Virus record (IMG/VR): IMGVR_UViG_3300021399_000102
Span: 32,001-96,000 of that record
Strand: one strand, 5' to 3'
Length of the DNA stretch: 64,000 bases
Origin: a virus
Lineage: Duplodnaviria > Caudoviricetes
The translations under genes and the position numbers were made by a program. How positions within the stretch are numbered: position 1 is the first letter of the stretch; each line of letters starts with the position of its first letter. Below are positions 46,567 to 55,607 of the stretch, in pieces. Below the pieces are notes generated by a model. It was not told the origin of the DNA. It saw nothing but the letters and a program-made list of their open reading frames with translations, and searched no databases.

Positions 46567-48117
46567 TTAGGCGAGTGGTGCGCCTTCAGCATCCAACCAG
46601 AGTAGATCTGCCGTAACACCCGTAACCTTGCCATCAACCTGCGTCACGCCAACCTTGATGCTGCTGTTCTCGCTTGAAGAGACGCTTGCATCCAATCCAG
46701 CGAACAATGTGGAAGATGTGACAACCACATCCACGGAAGGAGCGAGTGTCGTAGCATCAACGCTCACCGTGACAGAAACGCCTTGGTCAGCGTCCGAAGC
46801 GGAACCACCAACATATGCGTCAGTCTTGGTCTTGAGCGCGTCAATTGCAGCACCAGCAGCATTCAACGCACCAGGAACCGTCTCAACTCCAGCATACACT
46901 GTAGCCGTTGAGCTGTACGCATTCAACGTATAAACAGCATTGTCGCCAATGAGTTCCCACGTTGTGCTTGGATCAGTGCCCGTGCAAATTGCCTCAAGTC
47001 CAGATGTGGAGTCAATCACGATGTCGCCAGCAACTGGGGTCTTTCCAGCTGGAGGTGTGACATTCACGCCACTTGCCGTCTTTTCAACCGTGCCAACGCC
47101 AAGGAAGTGCATCGCGTTTGCGAAGGACTCGGCATTGAGGGATACTGCCGTAACAGAACCACCCTTGGTTGTCACGCCAACCGTGATGCCAGTAGCAGTG
47201 CTTGTGACCGTGCTTTCAGCGATTGCAGCAATCTGCTTGTCAGCCAACTGCTCAACCGTGCTTCCACCAATCGTAAGGGTGTCAGCAGAAACAGTCGTTG
47301 CGCTGAATGTAGCGGTGTCGGTGACCGTCAAGTTCTCGAATGTACCAGACTCAGCCGTGATTGCGTTTGCGCTTACCGAGACTCCTGTGACCTTGCCACT
47401 CTGCGTTGTGACACCAACTTCGATGCCATTTGCAGAAGCCGTCACGGTTGAAGCCGTAAGACCACCAATCGCATTGTCGATGAAATCAGGGATCGTGCTT
47501 CCACCAACCGTGAAGCTATTCTCATCGCCTCCCACAGTCAAGGTGCTTGCCGTAACCGTTGTAGCGTCGAATGTGGCATCGCTTGCGTAGATGCTGTTCA
47601 CGGAAAGGTTTGTTGCATCAACCTGAACGCCCGTCACAGAACCAGATGTCGTGACCACGCTCACCGTGATGCCATTTGCCGTGCCTGAAGCAGCACCATT
47701 ACCAATTGCTGCCTTCACATCCGTGGAGAATGTGGAGGTTTGCGCCGTAACCTTGCCATCTTCGTCCTGGGTTATGCCAGTGATATACTTGTCTTCACCT
47801 TCAGTAGCAAGACCTGCTGTCCATGTGGAGATATCGGCTTGCCACATGCTTTGGAGGGAAGAAACATCCCCACCAATGCTCTGCCAAGCAGAACCATCAA
47901 AGACCCAGCCAGCGCCAGAACCAGTTACAACGATGTCGCCACGAGCCTGCCCAGCCTTGGAGGATGTGGAAGGAACGAATGCAGCATCAACGGTCACGCG
48001 GCCAAGCCCGAACCTCTGACCACCCTTGTAGAGTTCGCCATTATTGACGAAATATACGCCACCTGCATCTGGCGTCTCTGGAAGGTTAGCCACAGAGTAG
48101 AATTTAACTTGTGCCAT
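46567..48117 (-). CDS. Thr/Val/Gly/Ser-rich fibre-like structural protein
   Basis: Repeated GITVSVVTTSGSVTGV / GIEVGVTTQSGKVTGV / VGVTQVDGKVTGV units; no TAG; GTAAATA 48208-48214. Confidence 0.7.
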   Translation of the reverse strand: MAQVKFYSVANLPETPDAGGVYFVNNGELYKGGQRFGLGRVTVDAAFVPSTSSKAGQARGDIVVTGSGAGWVFDGSAWQSIGGDVSSLQSMWQADISTWTAGLATEGEDKYITGITQDEDGKVTAQTSTFSTDVKAAIGNGAASGTANGITVSVVTTSGSVTGVQVDATNLSVNSIYASDATFDATTVTASTLTVGGDENSFTVGGSTIPDFIDNAIGGLTASTVTASANGIEVGVTTQSGKVTGVSVSANAITAESGTFENLTVTDTATFSATTVSADTLTIGGSTVEQLADKQIAAIAESTVTSTATGITVGVTTKGGSVTAVSLNAESFANAMHFLGVGTVEKTASGVNVTPPAGKTPVAGDIVIDSTSGLEAICTGTDPSTTWELIGDNAVYTLNAYSSTATVYAGVETVPGALNAAGAAIDALKTKTDAYVGGSASDADQGVSVTVSVDATTLAPSVDVVVTSSTLFAGLDASVSSSENSSIKVGVTQVDGKVTGVTADLLWLDAEGAPLA

Positions 48118-48282
48118 TATTGTTTACCTCATTTGTATGTGTGTTTGGATTTACGTAAATCTCACAAGAACATACCTATCCTCATGAGAAATCTTCAATC
48201 TATGTTATATTTACATTAAATCTATCGAAAAGAAAATGGAATCTCCAAATAAATATTGGAAATTCCACTTCTTTTGCGAAAA

Positions 48283-48984
48283 TTAAGCAACATTGATGAT
48301 GCTTGTATCTTCAATTCCCCAAGAATAATTAGACATTGCTTGAACTTGAGCAAGTGTCTTGCCAATGAATGTCACACTGGTCAAGTTAAGGCATTCGTTG
48401 AACGCCTGAAGCCCAATGCTCGTCACCGAATCCGGGATCGTCACGCTTGTCAGCCCACTGCAGTCGTCGAACGCATTATCCCCGATGATCGTCACGCTGT
48501 CGGGGATCGTCACGCTCGCAATACTGCCGCAAGCACTGAACGCCCAATCCCCGATTTCCGTAACGCCATTGCCGATCGTCACGCTCGTAAGCCCGCTGCA
48601 TGCGGAGAACGCGCCCTCTCCAATTGTCGTCACACTGTCTGGAATTGTTACATTCAGAATTCCGCTACTAGAGAATGCACTAGACCCGATGCTCGTCACG
48701 CTATTCGGAATCGTTACACTCGTAAGAGCGCAATACTCGAATACATAATCTCCAATGCTTGTAACTGTATTTCCGATATCAGCTTGAGTTATGGTCTTTA
48801 GCCATGTATATTCATTGTCATCAAAATACCCATTGTCAACCATCCATTGTTGATCAAGTGTTCCTGTTATGTTATGTGTCTCGACAGTTCCATCTTGCAA
48901 TGTGAATCTGGTCTCTGGATGTTCTGAAGAACCTCCTGTTCCAACAGTGATATCTCCACCAACCAATTTATTAATATAAACCAT
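48283..48984 (-). CDS. BspA-type LRR protein C
   Basis: About six TSIG..AF..C..LTSVTIPDSV repeats; ends TAA. Confidence 0.9.
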   Translation of the reverse strand: MVYINKLVGGDITVGTGGSSEHPETRFTLQDGTVETHNITGTLDQQWMVDNGYFDDNEYTWLKTITQADIGNTVTSIGDYVFEYCALTSVTIPNSVTSIGSSAFSSSGILNVTIPDSVTTIGEGAFSACSGLTSVTIGNGVTEIGDWAFSACGSIASVTIPDSVTIIGDNAFDDCSGLTSVTIPDSVTSIGLQAFNECLNLTSVTFIGKTLAQVQAMSNYSWGIEDTSIINVA

Positions 48985-49030
48985 TTTGCTTTTACCTCGT
49001 TATTGCTTGTTATTTAATCGTGTGTTTCGA

Positions 49031-49423
49031 TTATATTTTCCATTCATCACCATTTTCCTAAAGCCAATCTGGGGATTCCTCGTCTCCAATTTCCATCCAC
49101 TTGAACTCGTTGTCGTCTTTGTCTTTTCGCCACATATATTCTTTCTTGCCATATACAACGACATCTTTCTCTTTTGGGGTTATCAATACATTATCAATCT
49201 TCCAAGTTTCTTTATCTGTGGCAACAAACCCATCGTCCATTATGCCAAGGTAGTTTATGCCACTTTGTGCTTCTGGCGTATAGCAAACCCTTTTTCCACC
49301 GTAATCAAGGTATATTTTGCCTATTCCAGAACTCACATCATGGACAAATAGCAATTGACCTTCGGTAAGCTATTCTGGCATTTTATCCTCGTTGCTGACT
49401 ACCTTGAATGTTACTTTCGCCAT
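49031..49423 (-). CDS. Small probable virion protein (130 aa, 2 TAG)
   Basis: MAKVTFKVV...GQLLFV...GKIYLD N-terminus resembles that of 46567-48117; TAG at 49370 and 49058; ends TAA. Confidence 0.65.
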
Positions 49424-49425
49424 GA

Positions 49426-49767
49426 TTAATTTCCTCCACTTCCCCCATTGAAATCTCTGTCATCCCATTCCAGGTCAGAACCTTCTCCACCACCTCCACC
49501 AGATTTCACAGCCTTGGCTATCTCATATATCCAAGGTATTGTCATGTTGATGTTCGGTTGGTTCAGAAAGCACTGAAGATCCTTTGCGATTGGATCATCC
49601 TCGCTTCCACCATCTCTTGATTTAGGTTTAGCCATGTTCTTGTAGATGTCGTATATCCACGGAACCACCATGTTGATGTTTGGCTGATTCAGAAAGCACT
49701 CCAAATCCTTCATCTTTGGGTCAAATCCAGTTTCCCCTTGCGTCTTTCTATTCTATTTCCTTGCCAT
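49426..49767 (-). CDS. Protein with a duplicated ~25-aa module (113 aa, TAG at codon 5)
   Basis: KDLECFLNQPNINMVVPWIYDI / KDLQCFLNQPNINMTIPWIYEI; GTAAATA 49801-49807. Confidence 0.7.
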
Positions 49768-49852
49768 CTTTGGTGTTTGTGGTTATGTGTTCTCTTTGTA
49801 TATTTACTTCAGTTCAGATAAAATAACGACCATATAAGTAAATATTGTTTGT

Positions 49853-50077
49853 ATGAAGAAGACGATATTTACATATGTAGGATGCTTTCTTTCTGGCGTT
49901 GCCACAGGAATTGCCTTGTGTTTCTTTACCCCAGTGGGGAATTCCAATATTGAGGAACAATCCACCAATGCAGTTGTCGTGGCAACTTCCGAAACCAATC
50001 GTGCAAGCACCACGCAGAATGTAGATTGGTTTAAGGACAATTCCAACTACATTTGGGATGGTTGGAAAATTAAATGA
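49853..50077 (+). CDS. Small membrane-anchored protein
   Basis: N-terminal hydrophobic helix; GTAAATA 49838-49844. Confidence 0.6.
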   Translation: MKKTIFTYVGCFLSGVATGIALCFFTPVGNSNIEEQSTNAVVVATSETNRASTTQNVDWFKDNSNYIWDGWKIK

Positions 50078-50120
50078 TTGATGGTTGGGTTTCCCCAACC
50101 ATCTTTCCATTCATTGCCAT

Positions 50121-50522
50121 TTATGGCTATTCTTCCCCTTCACCACCTTCATCTGGCGTCTCTTCCTATTCAACAATTGGCTCAGAATACAAGATGCCAT
50201 TCACAACATATACCTTGTGCAAACTCTCTTTACCGTCTCCAATGTCACGAAGAATGATGTAATCCCACGGACCGAAGTATTTGGAAATCTTTTGGATGAT
50301 TCCCTTGAGCATCGTGTAGAGTTGTCTAACACGAACATCTATGTAGGCGTTTATGTACGCCATGCACCCTTGGAAAATCTTGCCGTGTGAATGTGGGCAA
50401 GGTGGTGGTATTGGATTGGGTCCAGGAATAGGGCAAGGGGGTGGGCAAGGAGGAATAGGAGGAATAGGAGGCATTGGGTGGCATCCTTGACACGCATTCT
50501 AGTTAAATTTCTTGGTATTCAT
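50121..50522 (-). CDS. Pro/Cys-rich protein (133 aa, 3 TAG)
   Basis: TAG at 50499, 50166, 50127; PPIPPIPPCPPPCP; GTAAATA 50560-50566. Confidence 0.7.
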
Positions 50523-50577
50523 TGTATCGTTCTCTCAATAAATGAAGTTTGTCTATAGATATTTACCATAAACTCCA

Positions 50578-50898
50578 TCAAAATGCAGAGAACTCATTGG
50601 CTTCAAGATATTCCTTGATTGAGCCGTAAACCCCAATCTTGCCAATGTACTTGGAGAACTGTTCAAGGTTCAACATATATTCCTGCGTACCATCAGAGAA
50701 CTTCAATGTCACCATTTTCCTTGGTTCTATTTCAAGTTCCACGCCAGAAATCTTCTTGATGTCGCAGAACTCTTTGACCAATCGACGTTCGTGATCCCAA
50801 GCACGTGTCCACTTTGCCACTGTCATCCCAACGAGTTTGGATATGGTTTCCACGTTATGTCCATATTCAATCGTTCCTTCAAGTTCTTCCATTGTCAT
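50578..50898 (-). CDS. Hypothetical protein
   Basis: 106-aa ORF overlapping the upstream gene. Confidence 0.7.
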   Translation of the reverse strand: MTMEELEGTIEYGHNVETISKLVGMTVAKWTRAWDHERRLVKEFCDIKKISGVELEIEPRKMVTLKFSDGTQEYMLNLEQFSKYIGKIGVYGSIKEYLEANEFSAF

Positions 50899-51163
50899 TT
50901 TTCCATGTTCCTTTCAAGTATAGTTCCAATGCCCTTGCCACTTGGTCTGGACAAGATGTTTCCCTTCTTCCACACTTTATCCCTGATAGGGCTTCAACGC
51001 ATTCTGAAACAGACTTCCCTTTCAACAATCTCATTATTGCGGTTAGGTTTCCGTGGCAACCACCCAAGATTGCCACAGACTTTATGGTGTTGGTATCCTC
51101 GTTGATAAACACCTTGATGAGAGACGAGCAAATGCCTTTTGGTATGTATTCATAGGAAATCAT
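50879..51163 (-). CDS. TSCPD-domain protein
   Basis: PKGICS, GGCHGNL, GIKCGRRETSCPDQVARAL; GTAAATA 51173-51179. Confidence 0.85.
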   Translation of the reverse strand: MISYEYIPKGICSSLIKVFINEDTNTIKSVAILGGCHGNLTAIMRLLKGKSVSECVEALSGIKCGRRETSCPDQVARALELYLKGTWKNDNGRT

Positions 51164-51181
51164 GTCATTTCCTATTTACCA

Positions 51182-52198
51182 TTAGTCGCTCATCTGCTGA
51201 CCATACTTCTTCACCAAGTCCCAAATCTCGTTCCAGACTTTCTTGCCCTCGTCAAGCATCTTCTTGTAGTCGAGCATGTTGTATGTTCCCTCAATGAGAT
51301 ATACATGCATATCGTTTGTCAAGTTCTCCCTGGTGGGTTCTTTGTCGTCAATCTCTTGGTTGACGTAGAAGGTGTAGAGATCAACCAAATGGCAGATTCG
51401 CTCGTAGGTTTCCTTTTGCTTCTCTATTGCAAGGTTCTCCACTTCCTCAGCCTCGTCGCGGTTTGAGTTCATCATAATCTGATTCATGCGCTTCTCAATC
51501 TCGTCCTCAGATTCCTCGGAATGCTTGTCTCGCAATACGTCATACATGAACTCAGTGTTGATGGAATATCCCTCTTCGTTCAATTTCTTGAGGTTGTATT
51601 TCAAGTCCCTGAGTACGTGCATCTCCAATGCCCAGAATTCATCCAAGGAATGTCCAGTTTCCTTCCAGTTCTTGTAGTTCCTCTTGTCCCAACGCCAATT
51701 CTTGATTGCGTCCAAGGGACGCTCCCAACAATACCAAACGAGATTGTCCCAGAACTTAAGCCAGAGCCAAAGCAATCCACGAATGACCTTGCAAGCTGAT
51801 ATCCTTCTGATTCTGGCAATCTTCTTTATCCATTGCGTGTGATGTGTGAAGTCCTTGTCCTTGCGCATCTTTACTCTGGTACGCGCAATCCAATCAATGA
51901 ACACGCAATCAACGTCAGATGCGCCCCAAGAGCAGATTCCATCGCAATGCCAGAGACCGAAGTCCCCAAGGTCGTGGGAATGTCTCTGCCGCCAGAAGTA
52001 GGAGCAATTGTCCCCACTATGCTTTTCCCTGTACTTTCTCGCGTATTCAATGGCTTCATCGTATGAACTCACCTTGAAGGTGTCCACCACCCTCGCCTTT
52101 GGCTCGTCCAAGATTGTCTTGTTCTGCGATTCCTCGTCATCTATCACGTAGAACATTTCACAAACGAACCTTGTGTCCCTCCAATTCTTCTTGCTCAT
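51182..52198 (-). CDS. Hypothetical protein
   Basis: 338-aa ORF, ATGA-coupled. Confidence 0.75.
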   Translation of the reverse strand: MSKKNWRDTRFVCEMFYVIDDEESQNKTILDEPKARVVDTFKVSSYDEAIEYARKYREKHSGDNCSYFWRQRHSHDLGDFGLWHCDGICSWGASDVDCVFIDWIARTRVKMRKDKDFTHHTQWIKKIARIRRISACKVIRGLLWLWLKFWDNLVWYCWERPLDAIKNWRWDKRNYKNWKETGHSLDEFWALEMHVLRDLKYNLKKLNEEGYSINTEFMYDVLRDKHSEESEDEIEKRMNQIMMNSNRDEAEEVENLAIEKQKETYERICHLVDLYTFYVNQEIDDKEPTRENLTNDMHVYLIEGTYNMLDYKKMLDEGKKVWNEIWDLVKKYGQQMSD

Positions 52199-52527
52199 GA
52201 TTCGTATTTCTCCTTGAGATATTTCAACAAAGCGCGTTCTTCGACTTCTTTCTCCTTGGCTTCATTCACCAGATTTTCCTTGAACCTCTTGGCTTCGTCC
52301 TTCTCCCAATCAGAGATGACCCAAGAACCCTTGAGGTTTCCTTTCTTGTAGCCAGGGCAGAACTGCTGGCAATAGAAACCCTTTCCAACATTGCATTCCT
52401 GACAAGGAATGTCCTGGTTGTGGCACCAGTAGTATTTGCCAAGGTCGTCATAGTCGAACTCGTAGTGGTAGCACTCATATACCTTGGTCTTCTTTGGTGC
52501 TTTCTTCTTGGATTTCTTTTCAGCCAT
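52195..52527 (-). CDS. Cys-rich hypothetical protein
   Basis: 110 aa with several Cys; GGAG RBS. Confidence 0.7.
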   Translation of the reverse strand: MAEKKSKKKAPKKTKVYECYHYEFDYDDLGKYYWCHNQDIPCQECNVGKGFYCQQFCPGYKKGNLKGSWVISDWEKDEAKRFKENLVNEAKEKEVEERALLKYLKEKYES

Positions 52528-52530
52528 TGG

Positions 52531-52866
52531 TTATGTCTCCTCCACGTCAAAATCTCCCATGTCCCAGAGATATTCCCTGTCCTCTTCGTTCCTTCTATAC
52601 AAGGTTATCTTTCCAAGGCGAATGAATGGAAATGCCTTTGCTGGATATTTCCTCTCAATCTCCTTGGCGAGAGCATCCTTGATTTCATCAAAGGATTTCC
52701 AGTTGCCGAACTCAGGAAAGCCAAGTTGCCACATTCCAAACTCGTCATTTGGCAATTCAGTATAGTTCCTCACCCACACTGATTTACTGGCGTCAGAATA
52801 TCCACTTGCGAGATATACAACTTGTTTCGCTTTAAGTGTTCTGTGGATTTGCTCTTCTGTTGGCAT
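52531..52866 (-). CDS. Hypothetical protein
   Basis: 111 aa; GAGGT RBS. Confidence 0.7.
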   Translation of the reverse strand: MPTEEQIHRTLKAKQVVYLASGYSDASKSVWVRNYTELPNDEFGMWQLGFPEFGNWKSFDEIKDALAKEIERKYPAKAFPFIRLGKITLYRRNEEDREYLWDMGDFDVEET

Positions 52867-52915
52867 TTCAATTACCTCTTTGTCATTATATTTTGTTTGG
52901 AATTGGAAAGACTTA

Positions 52916-53323
52916 TTACCCTTGTGCTTCTTGTTGCTTCTTTTTGTTAAGTTCCTCCGCTACAAAATCTTCATTGACTTGAATTTCCGGATCCACCAAC
53001 AAGCTCTTTTTGCAACTCCACTTTCCACAGCACCAAAGCTCGTTCACTGCTATTCCAAGTTCAGAACATCCCATTGTTGTTGGACAATTGCCAAAATAAT
53101 TTCCATAACGGCCAAATGTCTTGAAGTGGTTGCAGGTTTTGCAACATTTAATGCAGAACGGATGGTTCAACGTTAAATTGTGCTTGCATTTTTCAACTTC
53201 ATTTTCAAGTTCGGTTCCAAGCTTATATTTGAGCAAGTCCATTGATGACTTTCGCATCATTCTTTCCCGTTCTATGGATTCTTGCGTAAATCCGCCTATT
53301 CTTCGATTAACCATGGTTCTCAT
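52916..53323 (-). CDS. Cys-rich hypothetical protein
   Basis: CCKTCNHF...CP...CCGKW; AGGAG RBS. Confidence 0.7.
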   Translation of the reverse strand: MRTMVNRRIGGFTQESIERERMMRKSSMDLLKYKLGTELENEVEKCKHNLTLNHPFCIKCCKTCNHFKTFGRYGNYFGNCPTTMGCSELGIAVNELWCCGKWSCKKSLLVDPEIQVNEDFVAEELNKKKQQEAQG

Positions 53324-53429
53324 TTCTCCTATTGTTATTATACGATATTTGGGTAAACTATTAAAGAAGTTCGGCGCAGAAACAATCTACGCCGAACCAG
53401 GAACACACGATGAATGAACGAACAACAAA

Positions 53430-54527
53430 TCAATCAAGCACCTCAATCAGTTTTGGTATAATCTCTCCGGACTTGAGGATTTTCACCTTCTTGCCTATTT
53501 CCACTTTCATGGACTCCATCCAGGATATGTTGTTGAGTGTGACGCGCTTGACAGTAGTGCCACAAAGCTGAAAGGGGTCGAGAATGCCCACCGGGGTGAA
53601 CTTGCCATTCGCAGAGGGAGTACCCCAGTCAATCCCAATGAGGGTGGTCACGCCAACGCCAAGGTTCTGCTTGTAGGCAACCGCAGCTTTGGGCCGATAT
53701 TCGTCCTCGTTGATCCAATCCACATCGCAGAGGATGATGCCATCAACCTCGTAGGGTAGTTCCTCGACATAGGTGGATGTTATCTTGAACAGAACATCGT
53801 TGATGGTGTTGAGGTTAATCTTGGACTTGTCAACCACGATGTTGTCGGCAACCTGAAACCCCATTTCCTTTAGCATCTTGAACTGCTCAACTTTCGTGTA
53901 GTCGTGTCCAAGGATTGTATAGGGGACGAATGTGATGAGGCCGAGTTCCTCGGCCTTGAACTTCTTATCTTCCTCCTTTCTGTTAACTGCTCCAGCAACG
54001 AAGTTTCTGGGATTGGCGTACTTGTCCTTGACTTGCTCAAAATCCTTCTTGAAGCAGACCAGTTCTCCCCTGATGTTGCCAGTGAAGCCATTTGGGAGAG
54101 TCGTTGGGATGCCCTTCACATGCTTGACTTTGGAGGTTGAAATCACGCCATAGTAGCCGTCCCCTCGGGTTGCTGAAAGAACCAACTTGCCGTTCTTGTA
54201 CTCGCATCTAAAGGAAATACCATCCACCTTTGCCGAAATTGACATCGCAGACTTGATGTTGGAAGCGACCCACTTCTTAACCTCTTCAGGTTCCTCAGCC
54301 TTGATTTTGGTCATGCTGCCCATAATGAAGGGATGCTTGACCTTGCCATCAATGTTCTTCTCAATAGTTCCCTCGTTCAAGGTGGCAACGAAAGCCTCAT
54401 ACTCGTCCTCGTCCATACGGGACTTCAGAGATTCAAGGAGGTCGTCATACTCCTGATCTGACATAAGTGGGTTGCCGGCTCGGTAGGCTTCATTCGCTTC
54501 TTTGACTTTGTTGATAAGGTCTTTCAT
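53430..54527 (-). CDS. ligA: NAD-dependent DNA ligase, N-terminal half (Ia, adenylation, OB domains)
   Basis: MSDQEYD, HPFIMGSM, KVDG, TRGDG..G, RGE, ANPRN, DGII, AVAYK, TLNN, SGEIIP; own promoter 54553-54581. Confidence 0.9.
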   Translation of the reverse strand: MKDLINKVKEANEAYRAGNPLMSDQEYDDLLESLKSRMDEDEYEAFVATLNEGTIEKNIDGKVKHPFIMGSMTKIKAEEPEEVKKWVASNIKSAMSISAKVDGISFRCEYKNGKLVLSATRGDGYYGVISTSKVKHVKGIPTTLPNGFTGNIRGELVCFKKDFEQVKDKYANPRNFVAGAVNRKEEDKKFKAEELGLITFVPYTILGHDYTKVEQFKMLKEMGFQVADNIVVDKSKINLNTINDVLFKITSTYVEELPYEVDGIILCDVDWINEDEYRPKAAVAYKQNLGVGVTTLIGIDWGTPSANGKFTPVGILDPFQLCGTTVKRVTLNNISWMESMKVEIGKKVKILKSGEIIPKLIEVLD

Positions 54528-54577
54528 CGTCTTGTTCTCCTTTACGCCATATATTATATCACATTGGGTCGATTATG

Positions 54578-54808
54578 TCAACCCACCTTGTAGATGCTTT
54601 GCGAAGTTGGCTTCATTGTCCTGATACCATCCTTAATCACAACGCAATCCTTGCCAAATGCCTTTGACAGACCAACGACTTTGCCAAATGCCAATTCTGC
54701 GCCACAATATACCCCCTTTTCAATGAACACAACCTTGTCTCCAACATGTACTGGAGTTCCGTTGAAGTCCTTGACCTCGGTAATCGCAGGTTTCTTCTTG
54801 CTTGCCAT
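54578..54808 (-). CDS. Small hypothetical protein (KOW/SH3-like)
   Basis: DFNGTPVHVGDKVVF motif; AGGAG RBS. Confidence 0.6.
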   Translation of the reverse strand: MASKKKPAITEVKDFNGTPVHVGDKVVFIEKGVYCGAELAFGKVVGLSKAFGKDCVVIKDGIRTMKPTSQSIYKVG

Positions 54809-54810
54809 TG

Positions 54811-55161
54811 TCAATCTCCTATCTTTCTGCCATAGACATTGAGAAGCATAGGCATACTGTTGATTTTGCTTCCATAGTGAATCCAATACACGAACTCGTT
54901 CAACTCGTCATTTGATGTTCCTGGAATCCCTATGAAGCTGTCTATCAACTCGTTTGCTTGCTTCCTCTTGTCCTTTGTCTCGTAGAATGTCTCTTCTTGC
55001 CCAACGAACCTGAACCCATAGTGGGACAGGGTTGGTTCAATTGTCATTTTGTACGGAAACATCCCATCCGTCATTTCGTAGATGTCAGGGTTGTTCTTCC
55101 TCTTCCACGTATTCCAGGATTGGAGGTTTCGTTTCGTGCAGATGTTGGTTGTGGTCTTCAT
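54811..55161 (-). CDS. Hypothetical protein
   Basis: 116 aa, ATGA-coupled. Confidence 0.6.
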   Translation of the reverse strand: MKTTTNICTKRNLQSWNTWKRKNNPDIYEMTDGMFPYKMTIEPTLSHYGFRFVGQEETFYETKDKRKQANELIDSFIGIPGTSNDELNEFVYWIHYGSKINSMPMLLNVYGRKIGD

Positions 55162-55595
55162 TCCAGTGAGTTGTTGTACTCGATTAGTTCATCAACCTTG
55201 AGGTTCAACTTCTGAATTTCCTCGAACGAAGCCGGTTCTCCACCCAATATGATGCTCGGCCATATTTGACCAAGCCAAATGTCATTGTCCGCAACATGCT
55301 CAAGTGCTACCTTGTTGTTGAGAACGAAATTGCGAAGTGCCTTGATGTCATTTATGCTTAATTCTCCGATATCCTTGCAATGGAGGTTTCCATCCAAGTC
55401 CATAGTTCCGAATCTTGAAAAGTTCATCCGATTTCCATGGTCAAGTTGAAACTTCACACGCTTGGAATGATGCCCCTTTACATAAGTCTTGGACTCATCA
55501 ATCCAGATGTTCATTGGTAGCAAAGTCTCGGACTTGTGCTTGTTCGCCATTTCGCAAACAAGAGCAGACTCGTCTATTGGAATCCAATCCGGCAT
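55158..55595 (-). CDS. Hypothetical protein
   Basis: 145 aa; GGAG RBS. Confidence 0.7.
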   Translation of the reverse strand: MPDWIPIDESALVCEMANKHKSETLLPMNIWIDESKTYVKGHHSKRVKFQLDHGNRMNFSRFGTMDLDGNLHCKDIGELSINDIKALRNFVLNNKVALEHVADNDIWLGQIWPSIILGGEPASFEEIQKLNLKVDELIEYNNSLE

Positions 55596-55607
55596 TTCGT
55601 TTCTCCC

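Noticed and set aside
39863-48984. Diversity-generating retroelement acting on the LRR genes
   Set aside because: No reverse transcriptase in the window, and paralog differences are not restricted to adenines
1436-50501. TAG as pyrrolysine or programmed single-site readthrough
   Set aside because: No pyl genes; up to 13 TAGs per gene; paralog alignments give Gln
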